A DNA stretch of 64,000 bases from Paraphysomonas bandaiensis. Taxonomy: Eukaryota > Protista > Chrysophyceae. The stretch lies in NCBI GenBank assembly GCA_965644295.1, contig CBFFRP010000399.1, positions 151,531-215,530 of the forward strand. Reading direction: 5' to 3'. Positions 46,401-60,302 of this stretch are shown here, one piece after another. How positions within the stretch are numbered: position 1 is the stretch's first letter; the number at the start of each line of letters is the position of its first letter. The notes under the pieces are model-generated. The model saw only the letters and a list, made by a program, of their open reading frames with translations. It was not told the DNA's origin and did not search any database. Position numbers and translations under genes: made by a program.

Positions 46401-49400
46401 AGAAGCCGACTCCTGTAGGCGGTATATTGGGTTTGTGTGGGTGGTATGTACCACCTTATCACCCTGATAGATTTTCTGTTGTTTGCCAAGAAGATGACTA
46501 TTTAGATAGGGAGCTGAAGTATACCCCTGCCACAGTAACACTTAACGTTTATGAGGCAGCAGACTTGGCGAATGCTGATCTAATGGGATTATCAGATCCA
46601 TTTGTAATTGTAATGTGGAACGGGGAAGAAGCTGGGCGAACTTATGTTATCGACAACACTCTCAATCCTGTGTGGGCTGATCAAGTGTTTTCACTACACG
46701 TTCCTAGATACAGGGACGTGCTTGATTGCAGACTTGAACTTCACGTGTACGACGATCAAACCATAGGGCAAAATCGTTTCCTGGGGTGTAAAGTACTTTC
46801 TGGTAAGACCCTGAAGAAGGTACTTGGTAGTGATTCAAATCAGATTGGCCCGGTGTGGCTAGACCTGGAACCATCGAAATTTCTATCAAAGAAGCAAAAC
46901 AAATTAGTCCACGGGAGCTTACTTATTCAGTGCATGTTTTCTGAGTCGCACAGGCAGTTACGAAGATGGTCGGTTGATCACTTGAAAATTGAAGTTTTTA
47001 TATTCGGTTGCTCAGATTTGAGTAAGATTGAATCACGAAGAAAGCCTAACACTTTCTGTCTCGTAAATTGGGAGGGAAACGAAATGGGAAGAACTACTGC
47101 AGTCAGAAAGGCTCTGAGCCCTCAATGGGAGTATGGCAGCGATGATAGCTGTCGAATTACAATATATTTACCTGAAGCGCAAGCCGAAAAACTTCAACAG
47201 CGAGATTTGGAAATATTGGTGTATCATTCCGATCTATGTAAAGAGTCGGAGCTGCTTAAAAACTGTATTTGCTTGGGTCGAGCTCTCTTAAAAGGTCAAG
47301 ATTTAGAGCAAACGTTTAGGAAATTCAAGCATAAAAAGAGCAGCGAACTAGTTCCGTTTAGACTTCCAGTGTCATCGTTTGAGAAGGGCTCAGTCATCTG
47401 TCGGTCGGATACTTATGGGAAGGCTTCACCTCAAGGTTTCGTTGATATCGGTTTGAGTATTAATAATTCTGAAAACAATATTGCAATGTGTGAAGAGTTG
47501 GCAACTCTGGATGTCAATGTTGAAGAATCTGATCATGCGAATGATGTGTCAGCGGTATCAATGAAATCTGATATACAGGAAGAAGGGTACGACTACACTA
47601 CATCTGCGGACAATGCTCTTGTCCCTTTTTCGAGTACGGTGTCATCGTCCACGTCACAATATAAAATGTACCTCCATCATGAAAGTGGAAGTTTTTACTA
47701 CCTCAACGAGGCTACAGGAGACAGTTCCTGGGACAAGCCACTAGATGGTTCAGTAGAGTTGTATCATTCGCAGGAGGAATTGGAGAATATCGCTCAGACC
47801 AGGACGGTCATTTTGCAGAGTAGACAAGAGCGTTTGGAACAGCTCAAGGCTGCTGTTGCTATCATTCGAGCAGACCACCAGGAAACGAACCAACGTCTAG
47901 CACTAGAGAAAAAGCAGCGTGAAGATCGTGTGATATATCAAACATGGCAAAAAGCTTTAACGATTGCTTCACAAGAACGTGGCGAGTGTAATATTTCCTG
48001 GCAGAAATGCGGCGGTATAGACCCCTTGCTTTATGACTTTGAGAAAGTGTTTGGTATGCGACTTCGAGCCCTTCGTTTGGTTGGAATAGCATTGAAATCA
48101 CTGCCCGAAGAATTTGGTGATCGTCTTCACTCATTGGAAACACTTTCCTTAGCTAATAATGAAATGGTAAGGCTTCCGGAGTCGCTGTACAAAATGTACT
48201 CTCTCAGTCACTTAGATGTGAAGAATAACAAGCTTGTAGCGCTTCCTGAAAAAATTGGGTTGATGGCTACCAACTTAGTTCGGATAGAGCTGTCTAACAA
48301 TAAACTGGAATCACTCCCTCCTACGTTTGCTGCTCTTGTAAAAATTAGAAGGCTTGATTTAGAAAACAATTGTCTGCGAGTATTGCCAGAAAATTTGGAT
48401 TTAATGTATATGTGCGAAGTAATCAATGTTAACTGCAATATGTTGACACGTCTTCCTCGATGCATGGGACGCATGAAGAGCTTGAAAATGGTTAGCGCCA
48501 ATAAAAACGAAATTAGTTACATACCCCTAGAGATATGTCGGAGTAAAAGTATTCAGATACTGCGTCTCTGTACGAACAAGATTACCGCACTCCCAGAAAA
48601 TATTGGAAGCATGAAAGGATTGAAAGAATTGTGGCTGGACCACAACTTTCTTTCGTTTTTGCCGGTCAATTTTTGCGGACTCTCGTCTTTGACTTTGCTG
48701 CGTTTAGAAGAGAACAGGGCACTGGAAGCCCCCGACCAAGATATTATTAGACAAGGGGCACAAGCGGTAGTACAGTGGAGTAGAATGCGATGGGAAGAAG
48801 ATGGGCACTGGCGCAGGAAGCGTATCATTGTGACTCTGCAGGATTGTTTGCGGCAGGTAGCTGATATGAATATTGCCGACCCTGCGAAATTCAATTCCGA
48901 ATACAAGATTCATGATGATTTTTGGTTTGCGTTGGATTGGCACTACTTTTGGGATTTCCTTTTATCCGAGCTTAAAAGAAAGTGGAAAAAGACTATTGAC
49001 ACTTACGATGTAGTTCCACGTAATGAAGTTTTGTCCTTTCCTTTTACCAAGAAGGACGTCATGTGGGCATTAAAATCGTTTCAAGATGCTTATGGCTACG
49101 TCTACAGTGTGTCGTACGCCAATTTTAAGCGTTGTTGTTGTGTTGATGCTACTGGGAAGCGAAGGCCTTGTGTGCCTCCGGTTAAGGGATATATGTGTCG
49201 AAAGAAGTGTGCTCTCATAAAACATGAAGTGGTTCTGCAGCACGAGAAAGAAACAAGACTGTGGCGAGCACATCAGAGACATGAAATAGACGAAGCAGTG
49301 AAACGTGCTGAAAAAGAAGCTTTGAAGTTTCTTCAATCTGACGATGGAAAACTTTGGATTGCCGAAATGGCATTCGAAAGAGCGGAAGAAGCGATGAATG

Positions 49401-51870
49401 GGAAAGGCTTTTCGCAAGCACTCAATTGGAGAGAGAGATTAGCCGAGAAGCGCAAGCAGAAGATTATAAAGAAGTATGATCGCAAGAAGAAAAAGATTCT
49501 GAAACAAAGAGATGCAAAAGCATCCTCTGTGTTGATCGAGATAGAAGAGTTGAAAAAAACTGCGAGAATGGCTGCCCAGGGAGGCTACCAAAAGACGAGC
49601 ATCAACCAAAGACTTGCCGAAGCACATGAAGAGCTAGAAGCATTGCCTGAAAATGAAATTCTTAATGAACTTCAGCAAAAATGTGAAGAAGAATGTGACG
49701 CTATTGACGACGATTTGTTGTACACAGATACAAGTGAATCTGATGGGAGTTATCATCGTGAATCATACATGGATCGAAAACGAAGGCTGGCACGGGAAGC
49801 AGAAGAAAAGGCCATCTCTGAAGTTCGTGGTGCCAATGTTCCAGAAATGCCTGATTCTCCTGATGGCAACTTTTTGTCTGATATATTTCATTCTGCAGTT
49901 GATATTATTCCACCCAAAGATAGAAGAGAGGTACTACTTCGTCGACAGAAACGAAGAACTAAGAGGTTCTTACGAAATACATTTGATATGGTCAACATGC
50001 GGGTGACGAAAGCACGTTTAATGATGGGAGGAGATTTCAAGGAAATGCAACAGGAGCTAGAACACGAGACGTACGTGCAGTATATTTCAAATGCTTGTGC
50101 AGTTGCTAGACGAAGAGCGGAACGAGATTTTTATGTACTTGGGAAAATAAGAAATCAGTGGAAAGGTCTCAGTGTGGAACTGTGTTTTCGTGGATGGAAG
50201 AAGTGGGTTCGTAGGAAAACAAGGAGGGAGCATGCCGATCTAAGGAAGAAGTATAGGCTCGAGTGCAAGCAATATGAAGCTGATGCTATTTCTCTTCACC
50301 TTGCTCGCGCTCAGCTCTCAATGTGGAAGAAGTTTACTGATGCATATAGCGATGTTCCGTTTTGGAAGAATTGGCAATCAGGTGATATGACATGGGAGCA
50401 ACCAAAATTAGAAGACTATTTGCCGTATGGATGCAGCATTCCCGTCAAACCAACTCCACTTCCTGAGGGTGTTGGAGAGCAAACTTCCTCGGAGAGTGAG
50501 GACGAGTATTTCAAGCCAAGGATACGCGACAAAGGTGATGAAGATGACAAACGTAGTAGTGACAGTTCTGAGAACGACACGGAAGTGGATGAGGGGGAAG
50601 ACGATACCAAAGAACAGAGCCTCGAAATGCAAGAAGAATCCTACGAGTCCAACTCTGTGACCTCTGTGGATACCAGTATGGATTCCGTATCACAATTTAA
50701 CGACGAGTTTACAATTGGAGACAGAGCGATGTCGTCGACCACCGGTAGTCAGCTACCCAGTCGGCAAGGAAGCCGCTGCACTTCCGTTGATATGTCTCAT
50801 GTACCTTCCGTGTCTCCTGACTCAAGTAAGAAGCGTAACCCTAATGATTTTAGTATGCAACAGTGGAAACCTCTTCCTTCTGCTTCACTTCACGCATCAT
50901 CGTCGAGTCGATTTCCACCTCTACCGTCTACTTCGTTGAAGAGTTCTTCTGCCACGGCGTTGGCTACTGCACCCCAGAATAATGGTGCAGTAGTACCACT
51001 GGGCTCCTTTGAATCTCCCCTGTCAAATGCACTCGTTCCACTTCAGAGTTCTAACTCTGCCAGTTCTTCTGCCGAAATGTACCAGCTTGCTTTGCAAGGA
51101 CCGTCGGCGAAGGCAATTTTGCCAGTGTATTCTTATGGTCCTGACTCCTTGCGTGCCGGAAAACTTCGGGGCCGAGTTGGAAGACCTCTTTTTCCAGAGC
51201 CTATTGCTGGGTTCACGGATGATGAGGAGGATGAAGATGTGGTTGACGCTAACAGCGATGCTGCTAAACTACTGGATGGTTATTCTATGTCTGACGAGTC
51301 GAGAGCGAAAGCAGAGCATGCGAAAGGTATTTCCGTAGATATTTCCCTTTACATGTGGTTTTATATCTATGTTAGTTGATTCTGCAGTTCAACTTAAAGA
51401 GCGGTCGAGAGACGAAAGAAATCGTGCTCTGGATGAAGTAAAGAAGGTAGTTTACATACGATATTGCGTTGCGAGGCACTAATGCTTATTTCTCACAACA
51501 GAGACGTGAGAAAAGCAGCCGTGTTCGTAACCGGACTTATATTCAGCAACGCGACCGTCGTCCACGAGCTGCTCAGGATATTACTGAAGAGCGAAAGCGA
51601 CGGGAAGTAGCCCAACAACAGTTTAAGCGACCTACTACACCGGAACTGCTGGCCATGGTAAACGGCGACCCTAATAAAGTGTGGAAATCGGAAGATATCA
51701 AAGAGAGAACGTTGCTTGCAACAAAAGCTGTTAAGTTACAGAAAAAGTTACGGGAACAAGCTGTTGCACAGGGCCTCATTGAAGAGAAGAAAAAAACTTT
51801 AAAGAGTGCGATCATGCCACTTTTTGATAATGACACCCCGGAGGAAGATGATGCCTTCAATAAGTTATGA
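43448..51870 (+). CDS. Giant multi-C2 / WW / leucine-rich-repeat protein (about 2,800 aa); exact start uncertain
   Basis: About six C2 domains (e.g. VYEAADLANADLMGLSDPFV...TYVIDNTLNPVW); WW (SGSFYYLNEATGDSSWDKP); LRR run (LETLSLANNEMVRLPE etc.); second WW-like segment (PFWKNWQSGDMTWEQP). One exon of about 7.9 kb plus two short 3' introns. Confidence 0.85.
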
Positions 51871-52371
51871 TCATTGTATATAATCTCCAATAGTTGCCAA
51901 CCTGTGTGTACGAAGTAATCTTTGTTTATTGTGAATGTGTTTGGTTGAACAAATGGATAGTAATATAGTCGATTTACTTCAAGTGAAAGGGATTTTGACA
52001 GAGGGACCTGTAGTTGGATTAGGGTTTAGTTTGGCTAGTTTAGGCGCCATATGTGCTATATCTACACTGACATACCCACACGAAGTGCTTCATAATTTGG
52101 TGTATACAGTACTTTACTTGCTGCAGAATTGAAGCACCATTTCAAAGATAAAGTGTCGGAGACTCGATCGGTAAGAATGTATTGAAGCACCTTTCTTTGC
52201 CGAAACGAGTGCTGCCATATCCATCAAAACTTTTATCAGTACGACGCAGTATAGAAGATAGTGGTATAGAAGTATAATTATATACTTTAACGGTTCTGCC
52301 TACTGCGTACGTCTACAACTGTGAAGTCCTTCGGATACAGTCAAACAACATTCATACATCAACAAAGTCGG

Positions 52372-52862
52372 ACTCGCACCTTTTAGTGGTGCTATGGGGA
52401 ATAAGTCGCACCTATTCTCCGAGAAACTAACGTGAGTCGCATATATGGTCAGCTGATATTCTACTGCCCACTCATAGCCAAACGCTTGTGTGGTACAAGG
52501 GACACTAATTAGTGTAACTTGTGTATACGTCTTGGGCCTTGACGAATAAACAGGCATCCGGGAATGGGCCCACCTCAAGGGCATCCGGGGTCCGGGGTAT
52601 TGGGCTGCCTGCTGAAGTCAAGCATCCAAACTGTTCACCTTAAGGACTCAAAAATCCTGAAGATAGCAATTTCAGGTATATCAACATTCTGCTTTCTCAC
52701 TGCGTTTGAGTGATAGAGCGAAAGTGGTTGCACCTTGGGCTTGCGGTGACGCACAAGCAGCTTTCGTATCGTTAAATAGTAGGATATCAGAGTTAAGCAC
52801 TAGCTAGATAATTGTTTGCTACATTAGTTATTAGTTCTACTCTTACACGCCTATTTCTAATA
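52372..52862. repeat. Dispersed hairpin-rich repeat, copy B (longest)
   Basis: Homologous to 32907..33290, with two internal insertions. Confidence 0.85.
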
Positions 52863-54489
52863 ATCAGACATTTACTACAACATTTATATGTATCTAGTTA
52901 TGTCGTACATATAAATTGTTACACATATAATTTACTTCACATCAACGTGAGAAATATTATATACGTATAGCCTTCAGTGTTGAGTTCTGCAATATGATGT
53001 GATATATATTGTGCAATTGAAGTGAGTTAACTGTGTACAATAGGTAAAGTCAACTCATAGGTGTAACGGGTGATTATAGTTACAAAGGAATTAAATTCAG
53101 TTACTGATGTGTGACTATATACAAGATATAGAACTGACTGAAGAACATATGAGAAACAGATGTTGCTGAGGACAGATGTTTCAACATATGTTAGACGAAT
53201 ATGTAGTGAAGTGTTCAGAATAATAATTATAATTTCTTAATTGAAAGTGCATTGTGTTCAACAGCAAGGTTAAGGTTTACGTGTAGAGCAAAGTTAACTT
53301 CAGTGAAATGTCCTATGTTAACATTCAGACAGAAAAAAGACGAAAGGTAGACAAAAAGGCAATGACTAGAGAACGAATGGTCTACAGACGACAGACCACC
53401 AGGGAAATATGTTAGGTGTGACGTGGTTTCGGAGAAAGAGTTGGCGTAGAAGATAAAGCGTAAAACTAAAGGCTTGGTTGAACTGCCTTCTTGCAGAAGT
53501 ATCATTACTGCATAAGAAGTGAGACGCTTCTGTCCAGAGGGTTGAATTTACATTGAACATGTTGATTTCTTGTTTACCGCAAATTCGATGCAATTTGACT
53601 CCGATGAGAGCAATTGCGTAATCCATCTGGCAGCTAGCTCGATGATGGATCGTTGAGTCTGTTGTCCGTACTAAAGTTCGGCACGTTGGTTGGAGCAACG
53701 CTCACAGGACTGCATCCCTGCACTGTCGCGTTTATGGCTCGATTTGTTTGATGTGTAGATTGTAAAAACCATCAATATCAGGAGTTTACATTTTAGGATG
53801 CAAGTGGACGCTGTGTAATTGTATGTTTATGGTGTGATGATCACTATAATCAAAGTTTGTATGTGTACTAAATCAGAGTTCGAATTTCTGCAGCATGCAC
53901 TGATTTTGCAGGAGACTGTGACCTGGTACTCGTGGACTTATAGTCTTAACATGCGTATAGCCTTGCCCGCAATTCCAATGCCACAGTAACCAGGTCACAG
54001 CTCTTTAATATAACGTGCTTTGTAATGCAAGCTAAATCTATGATCTCTTTATGGTATGCAAATGCATTGCAAGATATCTTCATATCTTTAATGTGTGGTC
54101 CACATCAACACCGTTGCATGCGAGCTCTCTGTAGATGGATTTTGTGTAAAGTGGGTGTTATAAAAACCTACTTTTCGTCATGAAAAATCGTTTTTTGATT
54201 ATAAATCACCGAAAAAGCATATTTTCATATACAGTTGTTGTATTCAAAAGAATACATTGAATACATAACGGTATACCTAATCAAGGTATTATCGTTTTAC
54301 TTTCATTTTACACACTTCTTCACTTCATACTTCTTCACTTCATAAACTTTTATGTCATTGAATTTCATTGTACTGTACTTTAATTCTTAGTAGTTTACTA
54401 TACGATCATTGTAGGTTCATGTCATATGAGGTTTATCAATACTCATTTTATCATATAGATGATTCATATATATAATAAATCACTGTATT

Positions 54490-57400
54490 ATGTCTCATAA
54501 AAGAAATATGAAACCAGATCATAATCAGAACACAGTTGTCACTACGACACCATCTCCTCAACAGTTTAGGGAAGGTTTAACAATTGAACATCGTGTAGCA
54601 ATTATTAATAAAGAAGCTAAAATGATGATGTCAACTGGAAATTTTGAAGGTGCTATACAATGTTGTAATGATGCTATAGCATTGAATAGTAGCCCACTGG
54701 CACTTGTTAATCGTGCTCATTGTTTCAAACAACTTAAACAATGGGGTGCAGCGATAGCAGATTATACAACAGCACTAGGACAAGAGCCTAGTCATCCTGC
54801 AGCTATATTAGCACAGAGAGGGATATGTTATGGAAAGTTAGAGCAGTATGATGAAGCAATTGATGATTTGAATAGAGCGAATCAGGTGTTATATTGGATG
54901 TATTTGTTGTGCACTTGGTATTATACTGCATTCATCGAAATACTTGTGGTCTGTATATTGAAAGTAGTTTCATTGCGTAACTCATTCTTTGCAGATTGAA
55001 CCGGGATTGTCCAATGCCTTTAATCGTGGCTGTATTTTCGCTGATGCAGGCGATTTAGAGTCAGCAATAATGGGTAAATTATACTTATTATGCTAATAGT
55101 ATAATGATTTTGTTATATAGACTTCAACAGAATAATATGTACCAAGGAAAACACTGAATTGAAGGCACGCAGCATTTACCACAGAGCTGGAGCGTACGTT
55201 AAACTCAAGCGTTTGGACGATGCAATTGATGATTTAAGAGGGCTGCTTCGTGGGGATCCCAATAGTCTTCCGCCCCGAATCCTACTTGGAAAAGCTCTCA
55301 AACTTGCCGGAGAATACTCGAAGGCCGAGGAAAGTCTCTCTCAAGCACTTGACTTGGATTCGAAACAAGTGGATATATTCATTGAGCGTGGTGATGTGAG
55401 GTGTAGAATGGGGTCCAGGCGGAAATTGGATGACGCGCTACGAGGTATGCATGATCGTTGTTGGTCTTCATTGTTTTGAGTACTGTGTTAGATTTCGATC
55501 GTGCATTGGCACTTTTAGAGCGCGAGAGTGATGAGTCACAGCAAGCCCGGAAGCATAATGTTATGCAGCTGGCCGTTCAGAATTCGGCTGCCCGCCCTGA
55601 CCCAGATGAAAGTAGCAGCATGTCTGGAGAACTCTCATCATCTCAATCTAGCGTTCATGTCAGAACTGTTCGAAGCCTTGCCACCACCAGTCGTCAATCT
55701 AGCTCATCATCACTTGTTGTTGATACTGGCTCTAGGCCAGGATCGAGGAGGTCGAAAACTCCATTTAAACGACAGCCATCTGAACGTCGTTCTAAACCTG
55801 GAAGCCCTGATCATGCAAACCGAAGACGTAAAATAAAGGGACAAGGTCGGTATTCAGAACAAGATCGAGCTGTGCCGGATATACCGCACTATGGCAATAC
55901 CCGTATCGCTTCAGTACTGACGAAGCGCGCCCAGGCCCGCTTGCTGGTTAGTGGTTCGCATGAGGAAGTTCGCAGTTACCATGAAGATGCCCTTGTAGAT
56001 GCAGAAAAGGTATTTCTTTCCCCGTGCTCTTGTTCTGTGCTTATGAATACTCCGTAGGCCCTTCGAATATGTCCAGGCGATGTGAATTCTTCACTTGTGT
56101 GTGTCATATGCTACGTACGCCTGTTCAGGTATCAAGAAGCGGGAGATCTTCTTGATTCCTTGTTGTTATCACATCCTCGGCACGAGCGTGTACTCTATCA
56201 CCGTGCATTTTGTTTTAGAGCTAACAACAATCCGTATAAGGCTGTGGAGTGCCTTACGAAGGTTAGTGTAGTCAACTTGTTATATGCAAATAGATAAGAG
56301 CATACTATAGATAATTGCTCATTGTAAAATGGACCTGAGTGAGGAAGAAAATATTGACTTCATGACACGTGTATATGAAATGAGAGGAACTTTGCTACAT
56401 GAGCAAAAAGGTGCACTGCAATGCTTACTGATATTTAGTTAATAACTCTAAATAGCATATAAAATTGCCATTGATGACTTTGGAAGTGCCATTTCTCTTC
56501 GGCCGGAGCGATGCCGGAACTACTACTTTAGGGGGAGCTGCCATTGTAAACTCGGAAATTTTGAACAGGTATTCAGTCTATAATGACTGTTTTGGCGCTT
56601 ATTTCTCCTTCTATGTATAGGCACTCTCCGACTTTGGTGCTGCCGAAGCCACGGGATTTACGAATTTGCCGTTTCTATTAATGGAAACAGGTGCAATGCT
56701 TCGTCTGAAGGGGGAAAGTTCAAGTGCTGTAGAAGTATTCGCGCGAGCAATTTCTCTACTTCAAAATGAAAACGTACGTTACATATGTTCTGTTTATGTC
56801 AAACAACTTACAGCATATATACTCTTTCAGTACCAGGCGGATAGCAAGAGGATGTTGCTTTTTTGTCGATTAACGATATTTAAGGCGTTATGTCTTCTGG
56901 ATCTGCGCAAATACAAACTTGCTGAGCAGACTTTGACTCAAATACTAGATGTAAGTGTGTGTTATAGTTGTTTTCCTGCTGTTACATGTCTGCTTTAGCA
57001 TCAGCCAGGTATTAAATCTGAAGGTAGTAGTACGTCTCTTGAGAGCACTCCAACGAGATTATCTGTGGACACTTCGTTCACCCCGCCATCCCTAGACGGT
57101 GATCTGGAGTGGATCCTGAAGTACCACCTTGCAGTTGCGTTACATATGCTAAAAGATTATTATAGAACACAACAGGTCAGTCCTAATGTACTGGTTGTAG
57201 CATCAATCACCTTTGTGTAGTTATTGGCAGATTGTGTGGGGGGACTGAGGGCGTTTTCTCCGGACGGATTTGCACTGGGAAGCGCTCAATATTTCTATGC
57301 TGTGTCGTTGTATTTATCATGCCATAACACGGACACGAAATCTCTCAACACTTGTGTTCTCGTGTTATCCGAGTGCATTCAGTCGCCCTGGACGGAGAAC

Positions 57401-57819
57401 TCTGTCCATCATAAACTGTTATGTTATTTTTCTCGCGGAAAATCATATCAACGACTGCGAGAGTATTCAAAATCTATTGACGACTTTTCGTCTGCGATAA
57501 CTATTTTACATGATAATGGTGATTTAAACGGAGAGCATGCTGCTTACGCTTATTTCCGCCGAGCGTGGTCATATAAGGTAGTTAATATGTATTACAAACG
57601 CTGCATGGTTTTTACTATTACAATTAGGCGTTGCATATGTATGAACAAGCCGCCGATGACTTCGAAACTGCGAAATCTATGAGATGCGATGACCCCAATT
57701 TTTCGATAAACTACAGGTCTATCACCCATGTAGAGTACGTAGAATTAAATGCTGAACCCGATGTTAACGAGCCATTTGTACCACTTGTGCCATTACTCGT
57801 TAAATTGCAAGAGTATTAG
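54490..57819 (+). CDS. Tetratricopeptide-repeat protein, about 12 exons
   Basis: Repeated TPR motifs (ALVNRAHCFKQLKQWGAAIADYTTAL, LAQRGICYGKLEQYDEAIDDLNRA, YFSRGKSYQRLREYSKSIDDFSSAI) in successive ORFs separated by short GT-AG introns. Confidence 0.85.
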
Positions 57820-58082
57820 CGACTTGATGAATACATTCTGAAAGTACTGTACAGTGGCCACTTATCTCATTTGTATATGATCGTGTTTGTGTGTTGATAT
57901 GTTAGTTGTGTGCGCGTTTCCTTCATTTTCTAAGTAATAGTACCTTTCAGTGAACATTTTTTGACGTTTTGTTGTGTGTTGCTGGAATACGTGGTTAGTG
58001 TGCAACCACTGGTGATTCATTGTCATACAACATACGAAACTACGCTTAAGCTTTAAGTATGAGTAATGACGTACATGAAAGT

Positions 58083-59731
58083 CTTATTATTAGCAGTAGG
58101 CGTCAAGAACCAACACCAGATAAGTAGATGAAGACAGTCCAGCCGCGAGTTGGGCCTGGGGCAGATGTACTAACGGAGTTGGCATCGTGGCGTCTCCGCT
58201 GAGGCGGGGTAGTGGAAGAGGAAGGCAACTGGAGGAGCGCGTTATAGGTAAGTGTAGAACCCGCGGCTTCGGCTGGGTGTTGCTCCATTTAAGTCGTGTG
58301 TTGCTGCATGTTTGACGCAATCTGGGGAAACCTACGGACTCCGCCATGCTCTGCTTCGCATGTTGCTTCGTGTGTTGCCACGTCGCGCGGTCTAGGGGGA
58401 GTCGATGTAGCCCCTTTTAGGTTTTGGACAGCATGTAGCCCACTTCGATTCTAAAGCATTTGTTTGGCTTAAGCGTAGAGCGGTTGAAGGAGGATAATAA
58501 CTGCTTTATCGAGGGCACGTAGACCACGCGAATTTAAGGTGCAATTACTATATACTGTGTTCTAAAAATGCTTTCCATTTGAGCCTCAGTGATAGTTCCT
58601 GTCCAGAATCGTTCAACCTGCGGAAGTGAGGTACTCCAAGCTCTGCGGGAAAGTTTCTTGAGAATGGCGGTACTCCAAAGTGGTAGAGTCTTGTCAACAA
58701 GGAGTTTCCGAAGACACTTCTTGTGTCTCGGAAAGGCGGATTTTCGTATCTGAGAGATGGAGGCGTGAGGGCAAAATCAAGTCAAAAGCCATAGTCAGAG
58801 CATCTTTGTTCAGGTCAAGTCCAAATTTTGTTTTAGCTCTATTCCTACCATTGCCGTGTTAGGGCTGTATTTGTCCCGTGTTAGGGCTGTATTGAGTATA
58901 TGTTGTCGTAGTTGTGAACTGTCCTTGACCTTGGATCTACCGCAAGTTGCCTACTAGGGTCAGTTTGTGCGTTAGTAAGGCACCGTTATTCAGGTGCACG
59001 ATCCAGATTATGACCGTAGAGTTGATGGTCACGGAGCGCAGTATAATTTTCTAAATTCCATTGATCGCAAAGAGATTGGAAATCAGTGATCATATGATGG
59101 TGGGGTAATATACGGCAGCCATATTCCTGACGTAAGTATACGTTCCACGTTCATTTGCATACAACCTTGCAATCTGTATAAATAGGAATGTGGATGGAAG
59201 CATGTGAAGACAGTACGAGAGCTGTGTCAACTGCTAGTAGTTCGTACGCATAAGGATCATTGCCAGGTATCTCTCACGGGAGTCGTTAGTCGTAGAAATT
59301 TTGCACGACCATATCCCCAATCACTCTCCGGTAGAAGCCACACGATCGCCGCACCACTGGAGTGAGACCTTCACGTGTGGGGAATAACATGCGTGAGGCG
59401 TCGTGGCACAAGGAACTTCTCATTGTATGAGTCATCCGTGAAGATTACATGACATGAATCTGGTGACAGGTCGACGAGGTTCAACATTTCTGTGATTTCA
59501 GTAAGAATGTGCTCGTCGAGGGGGTCAGGTGGAGCAGGCTGTTGTAGAGTAAGACCCACTTCTGCACCCCATTCGTGGAGGCTTAGAGTGAAAAGTGGTG
59601 TGCAGACCTTGGTTTTATTGTTTGGGACAGAATAAATCGAGAAGCATTCTCGGCTAGGACAATTGCTCGCTGGGGAGGGAGCCCCACTTCTGTTCCTGTG
59701 CTCGGCCAAGAAACGTTTCAGGCCTCTAGTC
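58083..59731 (-). mobile_element. Decayed, 5'-truncated non-LTR (LINE-like) retrotransposon remnant with RNase H-like domain
   Basis: Minus-strand fragments HVIFTDDSY, SGAAIV, YAYELLAVDTAL and IPIYTDCKV lie in RNase H order with stops and frameshifts; (TAA)3 tail at about 58084-58092; more GC-rich than its flanks. Confidence 0.55.
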
Positions 59732-60302
59732 GAGTAATGCGTAATGATTGAGATAAGAAAACTAGAAGCTAAATATATAAAAATAGTAAAGATGATAATA
59801 TAGAAGTTTTTTAAAAGGAGACATTAGTAATCTAAAGAAGAAATCACTTTGTCTGCTCTTTCAATGGATACTTTGAAGTATGATATTGATATAATTACGA
59901 AAGTGTTATAAAGAGTAACAACCACTTACTAAGTACCTAGCTCACAATGCTTCAACTTTGCTTTAGTACCTTTACATGGAGGCATTTGAGGTGGCCCAAT
60001 GAATTTCACCTTTCCATAAAGAAAATCAAATCTTCTTCACAAGGAGCGCATGCTATATGGTAGCCCAAGTAGATGACATCGTGAATAAATTATAATAAGA
60101 GGAAAAAGGTGAAACTGCAAAATGTTGTAGCTAACCGTTATTAGTTATTGCTAGTAACAAGTTTCGACTGTATTGCTACATCATGCGATTGAACTGCTAG
60201 TGCGTCTTCCACTGCATACTCAAGTGACAGTAAAAACAACATGGTAGGGATAGCTTAACAATTATAACACCACAGTAGTCCGAAAATCAGAGATGGATTT
60301 TA

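Noticed and set aside
52655-52726. Hammerhead ribozyme candidate (CTGAAGA ... GAAA)
   Set aside because: CTGAAGA is not adjacent to the stem preceding GAAA and is absent from copy A; the topology does not fit.
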